Assembly: GCA_951406725.2 (NCBI GenBank)
Contig: OX597816.1
Coordinates: 124,682,001 to 124,746,000, forward strand
Direction of reading: 5' to 3'
Origin: Octopus vulgaris
Lineage: Eukaryota
Length of the DNA: 64,000 bases
Below are positions 11,002 to 25,080 of the stretch, in pieces. A program made the translations under genes and the position numbers. The notes beneath the pieces were generated by a model. That model was given only the letters and a program-made list of their open reading frames with translations, was not told the origin of the DNA and did not search any database. Positions within the stretch are counted from its first letter, which is position 1. Each line of letters starts with the position of its first letter.

Positions 11002-13949
11002 AGAGGAAAAGAGAATATTAAATACAAATATATTTTTATGCATTTGTATCATTGCACAGCTCTAATACTGGTAATTTTTTGAAAGTGAAAAACATTTTAA
11101 GATGTAACGTATACATTAGTTTAAAAGAATGTAAAAGGACACCAAAAGAGAAATATTGCATTCTCGTATTTTCGATATGCGTTGTTTTAACAGACTTTTG
11201 CACTATGCTGTATTTTTAGAGTTGATATTTACTTTAATTGAGTTAAAGAAAGAACATGATATTTTTCTTCAAATATAGGCATTTGGCTTCAGAGAATGTA
11301 TTGCCTAAGGTAAAATAGTTTGCAAGAGAAAGGTAATGGATGATATTCATCAGAGATGTGAAGATTATAGAAATTTACCTTCCAGGTTAATACATTTTGT
11401 CTTGGTTACGAATGATTATTTTGGAGAGAGCGGCGCGTCAACACTTCAAGGTATCTTAAACATGCATCATATTTGGATGTATTTTTGCCATACTAAAGGC
11501 ATTTTGTGATCTCAATCTAGTTGAAAGGAATTACACAAGTTTTATACACATTATATTTAGGCTTCGTTATCTGATGTAAAAGAATTATGAAAATCATGAA
11601 AATGTTTGCTTAGAACAGAAAACTTAAACATATATCACAGAAAGTGAATAATGAAGCACGTCAGTATTGTTAAATATTATATAATAATTCAATTATATCA
11701 AATGTTGTTAATTAATACTTAATTCCTCTTCATATCAAGAAAGAATTTGGCATTAATACTCCAGCACGTTCCATCCGAAACCTATAAAATCCTTAGATAT
11801 TATATGGCATTGGCAACATTATAAATGGAATATGAGAATCATGTAGAGGTGGTAAATGGTTGTCGATCTCTTCCCTTAATTTCCCACCTCCAGCGCTATA
11901 ACATGTGCGTTGACATCATATTATTGATTCTCACCATATTCCAACTCTATCGAAGTTCTGTACACTGCCTTAGTTGATAAATTGATTGAATAATACCCCT
12001 TATAAAATCAGCTCCTTAGTTTTCCCTTCATATTAGAATATCAGGATTCTCAGGCGTTTTAATGACATATGCTATAAATTTACATTAAGACTGAATTTCA
12101 TTTACTAATTTCCCTAGAAAAACTGGCTGCAACTGAGGAAGGAAGAAAGAAAAGCATGACTGTTGACAATATTCAGTGGTCTATTCTCTCAAAATGTCGA
12201 CAATCTATGCAAAAAATATTTTCAGTTTTTAAATGCTAAGTTACATAAAACCTTTCAACAGTATCAAGTATTGAGCTAATGCTATTTCATTCTATTGGTT
12301 TCAGATAATGATAATATCAATATTTGAAATAATTTTTCAATGCATTCTTTGATGCAAAACCTACATACACCCTGTGAAATCTCACCCAAATTATGAAATC
12401 AGATACATGTATCTTGAAAATTCTTATAAGCTGTTTTGAACATCATTTATAATGAAACTGAAATAAAACGTATGCACAGCAGTTACTTATAATTCACAAT
12501 ATTTTATTATTTTCGATACAGAAAAAGAAGAGGATTGCTTCGCTGTGACCGCAGAACAAAACTTTATTTATTCAAATTTATATAGCATTAAGCAAATAAG
12601 ATGAATACTTCCTAGAATGAGCAACTCATTTATTACACACGCATTTTACAGAAGATATACTGGATTCACCAGTAGCAGGAAACAAATGACATCTCTGTCA
12701 CTGTTTCTAGTAAAAAAAGCAATGTTCAGTTGACAGCAAATATATATAACTCTGAGTGTACAAGTCTTTTAAAATGTTAGTGTTTAGACATTACAGACTA
12801 CTGATTTTATCCCTAGGTCTCCAGTTGCTATCATCTCGATTGTCCATGGCTTCTACACGTATTCTGTAATCGGTACTTCTTTTATAAATGTCCAATTTAT
12901 ATTTGAAATGGATATGTATATGCTACCGCAAATATAAAGCTTATCAATTATCTCAACTGAAATAACTGTGTAAACATTGTCAGAAAAGAATTTGTTCTTG
13001 TAACGTTTCCAGTAGATAAAGAAAAAGCAAACTTATACCAGGTTACTTAACATTTTCGGTACAGATTCATATTTATTTTCTAGGTATTAAATATTGCCAT
13101 ACAAAGAGGCGTGACTTGTTTGCAGATATATAACAAGATTTGTATTCTTGATGAAATCCATTTTGCATCACATACTTTTTTTAAATAAGAGTTCGTGACA
13201 TATTAAAAGAAACCACTGCCTAATATTACATTGTTAAGTGCTGTAAAGCAAAATATACTTAACCAGAACCAATGATCAAAATGTTTGAGCAGGTCTAGAG
13301 TTTTCTTTGTTGACCTTTCCATTTTTGTTTTTACTCTGAATTCCATTAAGACATGAATGAAATTGACACAGAATTAATAACCCATCTAAATTGTTTTGTG
13401 ATTTCTGGTTTGTTTTAACTATTTAATTTCAAACAGAATCTTTTATGGTATGATTTGATACTGCTTAGTAATTTTTTAAGTCACGAGTGTCTTTGAGCCG
13501 AAAGTAAAATTTCCGCGTACCGAGATAAATATGAGTTTTTAATTTACAGATAAAGACGTTTCTTTTCATATGTCTTTCAATATATAATCAATATTACACG
13601 GGTAAATTATAAAACAATAATTTTAATTGTATATGACTCAACATTGCTTTTTAGTAGCTAAATGTCTTTACTTACTACGATACAGGAAAAAAAGAAAATA
13701 TTAGGAAATCTTTATCAACGGGCATAGCCTGAATAACCGTTAGCTTTTCGGACTAAGATTCGAATAATGAAATGATTTATTCTAATTTTTTACAGTATAA
13801 AAATTATGGCAATTGCGGAATTAACGTTACGAGAGTTGTCTTGAAAGCGATATAAAGTGAATATACTTTATATTGATTTACATAGATTGTTGAATGTGTA
13901 TATGTTGATATGAAGGTAGTGTTCAACATAGTCTTCCTCACAAAAGTTG

Positions 13950-14880
13950 CATTTATGTCATCGGTAAATTCCTCCCTCGAGTTCATTGAAAAAAATCAAG
14001 TGTCTCTGTTGTATCCACTTCTTCACAGAATTCCCACCTGCTCTGTGTTTCCAAACCTTTGCTCTCGATGGTTGTCCTTGAATGAATAAAAGAAGTAGAA
14101 CTCTGTAGGAACAATATTAGGATTGTAAGAGGGATGGGGGGTGACAAACCAGTCTGAATTGTTGCCGGAAATATATATGATCAAGTGTTATCATGATAAA
14201 TTTGAATGGTTTTCAGATCTTGGTCGGTCTGTTCCTCCTAATGGTTTCTTTAATATTTTTGTATGTCCCAGTATACATTGTATTGTTCACAGCACAGACA
14301 CAATCCAGAAAATTAAAATAAGGACCTTGGCATCTCCCAAAACAGTCACCATGATTTCTCAGTTGCTGCGTTTTGAAATTCTTAGACCTTGAAGCATAGG
14401 AATAACTCCTATTCTGTGGATTGAGCCTTCGTTTCCGGATCATGAGTATACAGCTTATTTTCATCTCGTTAACAAACCAGACCAGACCAGCAAAAATATT
14501 GTCCTCATTAAGCGTTTCTAGCCGATCATAGCAGATTTCTACCCGTCTCTCCTCAAATCACGAATCAACTACAGTGATACCCACTTTGCACACAATTTCC
14601 TTTACTCATCTTTCCAATCTCTTCTCCAATATATTGTGACTGGAGTCCTGTCGTATAATTACCTCACGGATTGTGACACGTCCGCCCGCTTGCTGGCTTT
14701 TGGTCCACTGACTGGCGAATCGCACTTTTCTTTAAATGTTTTTATCCATCTGCACATATAGCTCTTGACAATGATGTTATTTTCGTAAACAAACTGTAGC
14801 CTTCTGTGAATGTCAGACAGTGTTCACAGCATCTCCGTCAATAACTCAATAACTGCACATTTCTTCTTCCTGAAAGTGTT
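13950..14880 (-). mobile_element. Decayed mariner transposase
   Basis: Minus strand DENKLYTHDPETKAQSTE and PHPSYNPNIVPTEFYFF (compare DETWVHHYDPETKAQS and HPPYSPDLAPSDFYLF). Many stops. Confidence 0.8.
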
Positions 14881-16557
14881 AGTATAGAGAAAAGTTTAGT
14901 CCATGTATAGGGATAAATTGGAGAATAATTGTCAGTTAAAGAAAGCAAAATATGACCATTTTAAACAATCCACGTAAATGTGAAGTTATATAACCTTTCT
15001 CTCGTCTATTTCAGTAGCTTATTGAAAGATTGTTCCGAACACTAAAACACGGTCAGTATTGCTCTAAACTTCTAGAACGTTATTGTAAGGATCTGACATT
15101 GCTTTATATAATTATATCCTGTAATACATATGAATCAGGAAATGGCATAACAGCCCCAATTTCTACTATACTATTATAATATATTCAAGTAAAACTTGAA
15201 TATGATAAAAACTTATTTTTAAAGTTCAAAATTATTACATTCAAATATTAGAAAATCAGTAATAATTAAAAATATAATGACTAAATTTAAGGTATGTTTA
15301 TTACCGATTATAAAACGAAAATAATCTACAAATAATTGCTATTGCTTCTTCAACAAATATTGATTTAATACCAAAAATGATTCCTGTTGCTAGAGGCGAT
15401 ATTATTATTGCAACGCTATTTCTCGTCAAAGTTTTGAATGAATTATATATAATTCTTTGCTATATTTTTATATTGTTGATTATCAGTTAGCTTTCTTAAA
15501 TTGTTTAATATTACGCCGTCGGAAGATAATTAGCTCTTTTACAGATTAAGATAGGAAGACAGTCGTATCAGATAAAGCTCTAGGACATATATGTTTCGTC
15601 TTGCTCGTACAACAATGCCCTTAAGTGTTATTTGCTGGGTCAGATCTCAAAATCAGTTAAAAACAATTATAGAGAAAACTTTAGAAATTATAACCCGGAA
15701 ATAAATATCAGTCTACGCTACATAGTTGTATTTACTTTGTTGTATCCCAACTAATATGCATTTGCACTTGGCAAATTCTACTTTCTCAGACATGATAATG
15801 GCATATCAGAATATATCAACTCTTCTAATATCATTCATCATATAACTATATATTATTAGAGCTGACGCCCTGAATTGGTTTCTATTATGAGGCTATTTAT
15901 AGTAGTTTTACATGGTGTTGCTTATTAAGAAAGATACATGTATATATATATCTCAAAATATTGGCTACTTCTGATAATAAAAATAAAATACTGGCGGCTT
16001 CTGATAACACAAAGTTAATGCGTATTAATAAAACTGTTAAAGTACTAAAACTATCTACATAAATAATTATCTACTTATATTTTAAGTGACCTTAAGAGGA
16101 AGCAGAAACAATTAATGTTATTTTCCCTCGAGTCTCCTTCATTAATATATAAGTTCCTCACATTAAATATTTTCAATACTTCTAGATATTTATGATAATC
16201 TAGTCACTTGCGATATTTACTTTAATTCAGCAAGACGTAACTTTTAGCTTTTGGGAGTTTGATTCTTAGTTGAAGATAATGACTCCGATAAAAGCATAAG
16301 CAGCTATTTTTAAGAGCAATTGATTGAAGAATTATTAGAGTATCATTCTCAATGCCTTTTGTTAATTCATGGCATTATTATAGCATTCCCATCTTGAAAC
16401 CCACCAGTGCCATTTTGTGAGTCAGCGTAGTAGAATCAATAAAACACATCTTCTACAAACGTATTTTATCGCGCTTATGATAGATCTATGTAGAATATAT
16501 TAACTCACGTGTTAAGCACAATTCTGCTAGAAATGCACAATAATATTTAGATATTTA

Positions 16558-16965
16558 GAATGGCTGTATGGTAAGTAACTTGCTTGCCAACCACATGGTT
16601 CTGGATTCAGTCCCAGTGCGTGGCACCTTTGGCAAGTGTCTTCTACTATAGCCTCAGGCTGACCAAAACCTTCTGAGTGGATTTGTTAGACAGAAACTGA
16701 AAGAAGCCCGTCGTATATATGTATATATATACATGTATATATGTGTGTGTGTTTTTTGTGTCTGTGTTTGTCCTCCCAACATCGCTTGACAACCGAAGCT
16801 GGTGTGTTTACGTCCCCGTAACTTAGCGGTTCAGCAAAAGAGACCGATAGAATAAGTACTAGGCTTACAAAGAATACGTCCTGGGGTCAATTTGCTCGAC
16901 TAAAGGCGGTGCTCCAGCATGGCCGCAGTCAAATGACTGAAACAAGTACAAGAGTAAAAGAGAGA
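16558..16965 (+). mobile_element. Well-preserved tRNA-derived SINE with internal microsatellite
   Basis: tggctgtatggtaag A-box-like and ggattcagtccc B-box-like motifs. 3' tail gctccagcatggccgcagtcaaatgactgaaacaag. Homologous copies at 8315 and 42253. Confidence 0.9.
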
Positions 16966-18824
16966 TAGTAAAAAAGTAATTCAAAACCTATTGGTTTCAT
17001 CTTTAGCGTTTCTACTCTTTCGACCGATAAGTTAACTAGCTTAGCTAGACTACTTTTACATTGTTTTCTAGCATTGACCGTTAAAGCTTTCTCAATGTTA
17101 GCTCTGTATCTTATCTTTTCGGAGTTTTTATAAGAAAGACAATATATATCCTGCGTGGGGTTATTAATTTTGATAATTTATATTATTCTAGTGATTCAGT
17201 TAGTCCTGTACACACATACTTATATTTAATATAAATTTACCTTCGGTCTTCGAAAGAATTTAAAACTTACAACAGATAAGCTCATACTCTACTCTAATGA
17301 ACATGCAAATATTATAGATGGCATTTGCTTTTATTTATAACACTACAATTTGTATCGTATTTATTTACGAGATTTCTCAAGTACAGCTTGATTGCTGTTA
17401 CGACATGAAGGTAATCAATCTGTGATCGGATCAAATTGGCAATAGCTACATTATATATTTCTTAGTTGGTGATAACATTCACATTTGTTACATATTATAT
17501 CAAAATCAGTTGTCATAGTATCGAGCTTCTTCTCGTAAATTCAGAGAAATAATTCACGATTTCCGTCTCTATTCCATAGTTTTGAAATAATCATTAATTT
17601 ATTTCAAACATATAATAGAAAAATAAAAAATATGGAACGAGGGGCCATTTTAAAATCCTGCAGTGCAAGAAATCATGAATTTCTAAGAATCTTATGTGAT
17701 TGCAGTAATTAAATCTATACCCCCTAATTATATTACACGAAGCCACAACCAAATATATTAAAAACAGGATGTAAGTTCTTCTGAATCTATAAATGTAATA
17801 TTTCATCATGTCAATCTGAAGTAAATGTTCCAAAACCAGAATGTGGATTATAATCTATCTTCATCGTATATTTAATATTAGGATTCCATCAATTTTCGAT
17901 TTATTGATTAGATTTTCTCATATTCTTTGAGGTTTTCATTTGCAACTCTTCTTTCTATTCAGTAACTCGAGAAAATTTTATTTGCGCTTCATCCAGTTCT
18001 TTCATTAATTTTTATTTCCAATCACTTATTCCCCCTCCTTCCTCCTGTTGTAAGAATGAAGATTTCATCGCCTTTCAGTTTCATACTGAACCTTTATTGG
18101 ATTCTTACGTTTCAAAAACATTTGTAAATTCATCTCATTATCATTGCGCATTTCTCTTTAACTGTCCAATATTATTAGTTTTCAGCGTGTTTACTTTCCC
18201 CGTACATAGATGCTATATTGTTTGAGTGCGCAGAAGAATTCTTCCCATGTTAAAGACATCGAGTTATACTTAAGAAAGTTATTCATAAAGACACTTTGTG
18301 TATTATCGCTAAAGCGCAGTCAATTTCTAAAGATATTTAGCTGAATGTAGAAGTATTATACCGCTGAGTATAACTATTTACTGATATGATGAATGACTAT
18401 GGCAACCCATTTTCGATCTATGCCAATGAAACAAACTGTTATTACATTAATAATACTACCGGGTTAATAGTGTTTATCGAGTAAACAGATTTCTGTAAAT
18501 TACTTCCGATAGTTCAATTTATGAAAATAGGAGCCTGAGATGAAGTATTCTTTGTGTTAAACTGTGGGCTAATATTTTCATTAATGCATAATTCTTGCAT
18601 ACATATATATACACATCAGTAGACCATCTGAACATTTCTTAGAGGCTTTTCAAATTTGAGTCACAAGATATAGATTTCGTTCATTTACATAGAAAATGAC
18701 AGACAATGATATGACCGCCTAAAAGACTACTAATATAAGTGTAATGGGTAGTTGCATTCAAATAATTTGCCGTAGGGAGAATTACATAGTATGCACAAGA
18801 CAAATCATTAGATGGGAAAAGGTA

Positions 18825-18853
18825 TTGTTGTTGTTGTTGCCACCACCACCACA

Positions 18854-18943
<90 letters not shown>

Positions 18944-18945
18944 AC
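18825..18945. repeat. Compound (TTG)/(CCA)/(CTA)/(CTG)n microsatellite
   Basis: Direct reading. Confidence 0.95.
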
Positions 18946-19290
18946 TATTGTAATCACCATTATCATCACCATCACTACTACCCCCATCACCACTTCTACG
19001 ACTGCTATTGCTCCTGCTACCGTTTTTACCGCGATTAGCTATGTTAACTGTGAGAAAAATAACGGCAACAATATAATACTGATTATACTGCCTCCATATA
19101 TTTATATTGTTCCACTAGCAATTGGTGCTCAACTATGACTATGGAGATCAAATGAGGCGGAGTAAAAGAATCTAGAACAATAAATTATATTGATACATTA
19201 GAGTACCATTATTCTATATTTCCCTTGTAAATAATTCGCATAAACAAATCTTCCATTCTAAGAAACATAATCCAGTAAAAAAAAAATTGA

Positions 19291-19291
<1 letters not shown>

Positions 19292-19354
<63 letters not shown>
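19292..19354. repeat. (AAT)n microsatellite
   Basis: Direct reading. Confidence 0.95.
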
Positions 19355-19355
<1 letters not shown>

Positions 19356-19357
<2 letters not shown>

Positions 19358-19500
19358 GAAGAGTGATATACATCAAAGAATAGTTTCTATAAAAAATATT
19401 ATTCGGAAATCGAAATGGAAATGGGAAAATACAAATTTGATCGCCAGAAGTGTATTTGATATAGACAAAAGAACTGAAAAGATAGTTACATATTTTATTG
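19356..19500 (+). mobile_element. Possible decayed LINE C-terminal remnant
   Basis: IRKSKWKW..LIAR..DKRTEKI resembles the KWxWAGHIAR..DxRWTK motif of RTE-like LINE C-termini. Confidence 0.3.
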
Positions 19501-22500
19501 ACAATGTTCTTGACAAAAGAATAGATTATTACGAATTATACTCTGCCTTTTATTAACTACATTTTTGTATTTTGTATCATAACAAAAGCATTTATTTGCG
19601 ATTAGATCTCTTCTGGGCCATTACACTGAAATATCTGTAAAAAGAGATAACCATTCATAGAAGCTTTTTATACTTCTTAGAATCCAATGCTGAGAAATCG
19701 TTAACGCATTATATATAAATAGCTGACTTGTTATAAAACAGTTAGCTGCCACAGTAAATGCTGCTTCCGGTTGGATCAACTAAATTAAACAGCGGTGTTT
19801 CTAGTTGGTACTCAGATCTGCTATTTAAAGAAAAACAGATTCCAGTAGAGTATGAAATCAGATTATATTGTCCTTTTCATACATCGATAAATCAAACAAA
19901 CAAAAAGGTAGGTGTAAGAAAATAGTATAAGAAGAAGACATTGCGAAATAAAGCAGTCATAAAGCTTGTTGATAAAAAAATATATTTCACCTAGGAAAGA
20001 TGGACTCATGTATGCGACATTTTGAAATAAAATTAGACAAACATTTGCATAAAGTATAAACAGATAATAAATGAATGAATGTAAAAGGTAAAAGATAACC
20101 AAATTCTGAAAAAAAATGGTGAAAATGCACAAATTATATTTTAAATAAGTTAAATTTTTATGGTTACTTGTCAAGGATATTGCTCTGCTGTTAAGTAATT
20201 CACTCATCTGTACTTCGGAAAGGGTAGTCGCTGCTTCGCTGATGAACTCTCACAAAGCAGAATAATATCTTGTTTTATTATTTGTTCTGAATGAAGTGAT
20301 TAAATTAATGATACTTGATTTGGAAATTATATTTAAATGTCTTTTATGATATCATATAGATTCAAGTACGTCTGTTATGGTTAAACAGTTTGGTTACCAA
20401 ACGTGATTCTCGGTTCAACCGCATCGTCCAGCAACTAGGTTTGATGTTTCAGCCACACAACTGAAAAGAAAGTAGATAAAGTAGTAATTTAAAACATGTA
20501 TAAAGATCATTTGATTAAGTTATTTATACAAGTCAGGGAGATTCTTGTTAGTAAAAGATCTCGTGAAAATTAATATTGCCTGTAAACTGTTATATGCTAC
20601 TATATCATAAAAATAGCTCATTATACGAGCATTAGGATCAAGAGAATACAGGAACACACCACATACACCATATCGCTGTTGTTGCTGAGAGCTATGTTTG
20701 AGTAGTCCTTTGATCAAACGCATTTCAGTTATGATCATGCTGTCGTATCTAGACTGCCTATTTAATATGCTCTTCCCAATTTTAAGGAATCAGCTTGTAT
20801 TTTAAGAAAGATTTAACTACAACTTATTGCAATTAGAATGACACCCAAAGCGATACCTTCATTGACATGAATTTATATGACAAATTGATTAAACTTTCGA
20901 ACATTGTTATTGTATTTCTCATCTCATGACATCAGCCATTGTAGGGGCTTTCTACTTTGTATTTTGTGTTATTAAGTATGATAAACTGCGATACACAATC
21001 AGCTCTACAAGCTTGTGACATTCTCCTGAATATTTACTCGCTTAAATATTACATTTCTGGTAATCTGTGAGAAAGGATATTGCAAGGCTTATCCCCTCAA
21101 GAATATATAATCATTCTCAAAAGTGATCGCAAGATTAATTTGATAAAGCGGGATAAAGAGTGTGCATGTCAGTGGCTGATTAGGTTTGTTGATATCTTTC
21201 ACTTGGAATGTCTCAGATAAATAATTATGTTTCATCCACTAAGTTTCAATTCACAGAACGAAACACTCGAAAAAAATTGACAATATTTAAATGCTAGAAT
21301 ATGACATAGACCTGATGACGTGACAAGTTTGTAAATGTATAGATGCACTTTAACAAAGAATTATAGCATTTAGTAAACAAAAATAGTTAGAATATTAAAA
21401 GTAAAAGAAGCTACCAGCTTCGGAACAGTCGATCTTTATTCGCTGTTTTAGTAAGAAAAATTCCTTCATGATGTTCATATAAAAATATTACATTGACTTT
21501 CTGTACGTTGGCCGAAATTAGTGCCGGTAACCATACATGTATGAAATGCCTATGATTGGCCTTGTCGATAAGGTAGTTTCTTCATGATTACTTGATTTGG
21601 CAATATTAGCCAAAACTCCTTTAAAATCACGCCCAACTGTCTGTGAAAATGCAGAACACAAAGACTAGTCTACTCTTATATACACTAACTGAATAATACG
21701 GGATATTTATGCTGAAATATCTTCGATATTATTCGATGTTTACTGGTCCGTGGAAAAATAAGAACAAAAAAAACTTAATCTATAATCTGAGCATGACAAC
21801 ACAATTTCATTCGTTAGAAGTATTTATCAAGAAATTTACCCTAAACACGTCCTCCTAGCATACGAGCAATAATGGTAAAGATGATTACTTACTATAACTT
21901 CGTTTCATGATTTTTAGCAACCTTTTCGTGACCGGGCATATATGATAATCAGGTGCCATAAATAAATTATATTCATTTTTCAAAGCTAGAAATATTGAAC
22001 ACTGGAACAGCCACTGACACCATCACAATTAGTAAGAACAGATCGGTGTTTCCACCACACGCGTCTAGAAGTAGATTGTTTCCAAATAAGGGTTATTCGC
22101 TTGATAAGACAATCTTCACAAATCAATACAACTCGAATATTTATACATTGCTTAGACGTGTCTCTCTCAGTCAATTTCTAATACAACTACTTGAGCTATT
22201 TAAACCCATTTGACTCAAATAATTCTTACTAGTATTCTGCCTTTGAAACACACTTAAAATATTCACATGGAGTATTACTATTATTTGAAATTCTACCTAT
22301 CTGTCATTATGATTATCAGGAAATGCCTAATCCGGCAAGATATACAAAAACAAGCTACTTTTTAACGTTTTAAGATAATACATTCCACTAACTAATATAA
22401 GTTAAGTATTGTAGCAACAGAAAACCGTAAATGTAAGTGAATAATGTTGCTTTTGATTTGTCAAGTATACTCTGATCAAACAATCCAACATACATAAGAT

Positions 22501-22911
22501 AAAAGGTACTCAGATTATAACACTTCAATCTTTCTTTTATACTGTAAATTTGAGTAAAACAGTCAATGTGTCCTTCTTTGTGAAGTGTTTCGGGGAGGGT
22601 TGTTTGCTTTGTCTAGCAGACTGAATAAATACATAGTGAATACATCGTTGGCTTATATCTGAATGCTACTGACCGATTACATGTTAATTTCTTGATATTC
22701 AATAGGATGGAAATATTGTAAATATAACTGTGCGGTATTAGTAGGCTTACGAAAATATTTATTTTAAGGATATCAATAAAAATTATTAGATAATATAATT
22801 ATAGCAATTAAAAATCAAAATGTTATGTTTATCTTTTCTTGATTTAATAGTGCTTAATGTGCAAAGATTAGTTAAAAAACAACAAAACAGAATATGTATG
22901 GCAGACATTAT

Positions 22912-22915
<4 letters not shown>

Positions 22916-22983
<68 letters not shown>

Positions 22984-22997
22984 TATAAATATATATA
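22916..22997. repeat. (TA)n microsatellite
   Basis: Direct reading. Confidence 0.95.
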
Positions 22998-24869
22998 CTG
23001 ACGTATAAACGTAAATTCTGAAAGGAAGCTGCTCTTGATGCTGACTTGCCACAATTATACAACACTCAAGATATAATTCTCATGATTAGTGAAAACTAAT
23101 GAGCAAGTAATAGTGTTTACAATGACTCAAAGTACCCTTTATCGGTTTACCGAATAAATCAAGAAAATGGAAAATCAAAATTTGAGTTCAAATGTAGAAA
23201 ATATAGTATTTGATTGTATGTTTGTATGACGAAACAGCAAGGCAGGGCTAATTCTCTATTCTGCGTACTCTAGTTTGTTAGTTGATTATAGCTTTGACTT
23301 ATGGCCATTTCTTTATAATGACCAAATCTTCACTAATCAGAATATTATCTACTTCACAAATCTAATTATGGCAATTTTTTATTCAAACTTTTCTTATCAT
23401 GCGTAGTTCTGTCACTCCTATTACCTGTAATTGCATAGCTCAAAAAAAATATTGGGGAATCGTATCGGGGTGTATGTATTAGTGTGCAAGTGTAAGTGTG
23501 TGTATGCTTGTTTGTGGATGTATTTGCAGATTAAACAGAGTTTGGATATGTAACTTCATATGTTATCTAGAATGCTGGTGTTTAATGGCTACAAAAAGAG
23601 TTTGTTGAGTTTTTCGATTACACACTACAGTTATTGGTACTACCGAAAAATCATTGAGCAACGAAACCAAAGCAAACGATAAGAAAAACCGTATGGCATA
23701 TGCTAACGTATGATTTTGACATCAGGCGCAAGTTGTATAGTAAGGTAACTCTCCCAAACTTATACATGTTTGAAGAAACAAGTAATAAAAAGTTAAGGGA
23801 AACGAGAAATAAACAGTTGAATATATTTTTTAACCACTTGTCATCCATAGGATTACTGCCGCTTCTCATCCTTCATCACGTAATAATAATAATGTAAATG
23901 CATAATAAATTATTTCACATATCTGCTCCAACATGTATGCTACATACACATTAAACAATACAAATCTATATTTGCACATCAGTGCAGATAAAGAAAACTA
24001 GCTCATAAGATCAATAGTACATTAGATCCAACTGAACTTCGATCCAGCACCTTTACTGATATGAAACAAAATATATTTATTATCTGTATTTATTTTTGAA
24101 GACCATACCAAGCCAAATTTTCTGGTATTGGTCTTCCATGCATTGCATATTTAAAGAGTAAATTTTGTTTATAAAGAGTTGAAGAATTTGTTTAACCATT
24201 TTGATCCAGTGATCTGGTGAGCTAGGTTTGTTTATCTGTACTAATTTGTACATATATAATTGTATTGAACTATGCGTAGTATACATATTTGTGAAGACAT
24301 GTAAAATAATTTATCGTACATTGTTATTATCTTTACATGATGAAGCCTGTAAAACGGCTGTGATGTTAGTGATGACAAGTCGTTAAATAAATACATTCAC
24401 CTTTCATTCCTCCTGACATTTTATAGTTTATATACACCTCATGAAATAATTTCATCGATCGGATCTCCTGGTCAGCTGCACGGAACTTAGCGTAATACTC
24501 CTCTGTACAGAATTACTATGTGGTATGCAACCCGGGTTTCCTAGAGGAGCTTTCCCTAACAGCCACATACGTCTATGAGTTCATATATCACACTACAACT
24601 CTGTATATGTATATGTATGTGTGCGTGCGTGTGTACGTGTGTGCGTGCGTGTGTGTGTGTTGTGTGTATGTATGTGTGTGTAGTGTGTGTATGTATGTGT
24701 GTGTTTTATATGTATGTGTGTGTATTAATTCAAAAGAATAGTCAACGACCACAATGCTAATTCTCTCTTTAATTGCATCGCTCCGAATACCTTTCTTAAC
24801 ATCACAATCACACACACACGCACACACACATATACACATAATTCTGTATATTATATGTGTCGTGATGAC

Positions 24870-25080
24870 GCTGACCTAATGGTTAGGTCGTTGGTCTTAC
24901 CATCTTTAGACAAGCAATTCATGGTGCATCTCTCAGTTAACTGAAAATTTGTCCCGGTGACAGCAGTAAATGAACTTTACGTAAACTGAATATTTGTTCA
25001 GGTGAAAGAATTTTTTGTACCTCAGCAACTTAATCGTCATGGAATTCTGGATAGTGTCCAACCAAATGGACCTGTAAACT
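24870..25080 (+). mobile_element. Probable decayed tRNA-derived SINE
   Basis: tgacctaatggttaggtcgttggtc A-box-like head. The remainder is degenerate. Confidence 0.35.

Noticed and set aside
12800-12880. Acceptor-like ttttatccctAG followed by a hydrophobic frame (SPVAIISIVHGFYTYSVI)
   Set aside because: Weak donor, no recognisable homology and no partner exons.
17880-18075. Minus-strand coiled-coil-like peptide (LMKELDEAQIKFSRV..)
   Set aside because: Multiple stops and no recognisable motif, so it cannot be assigned.
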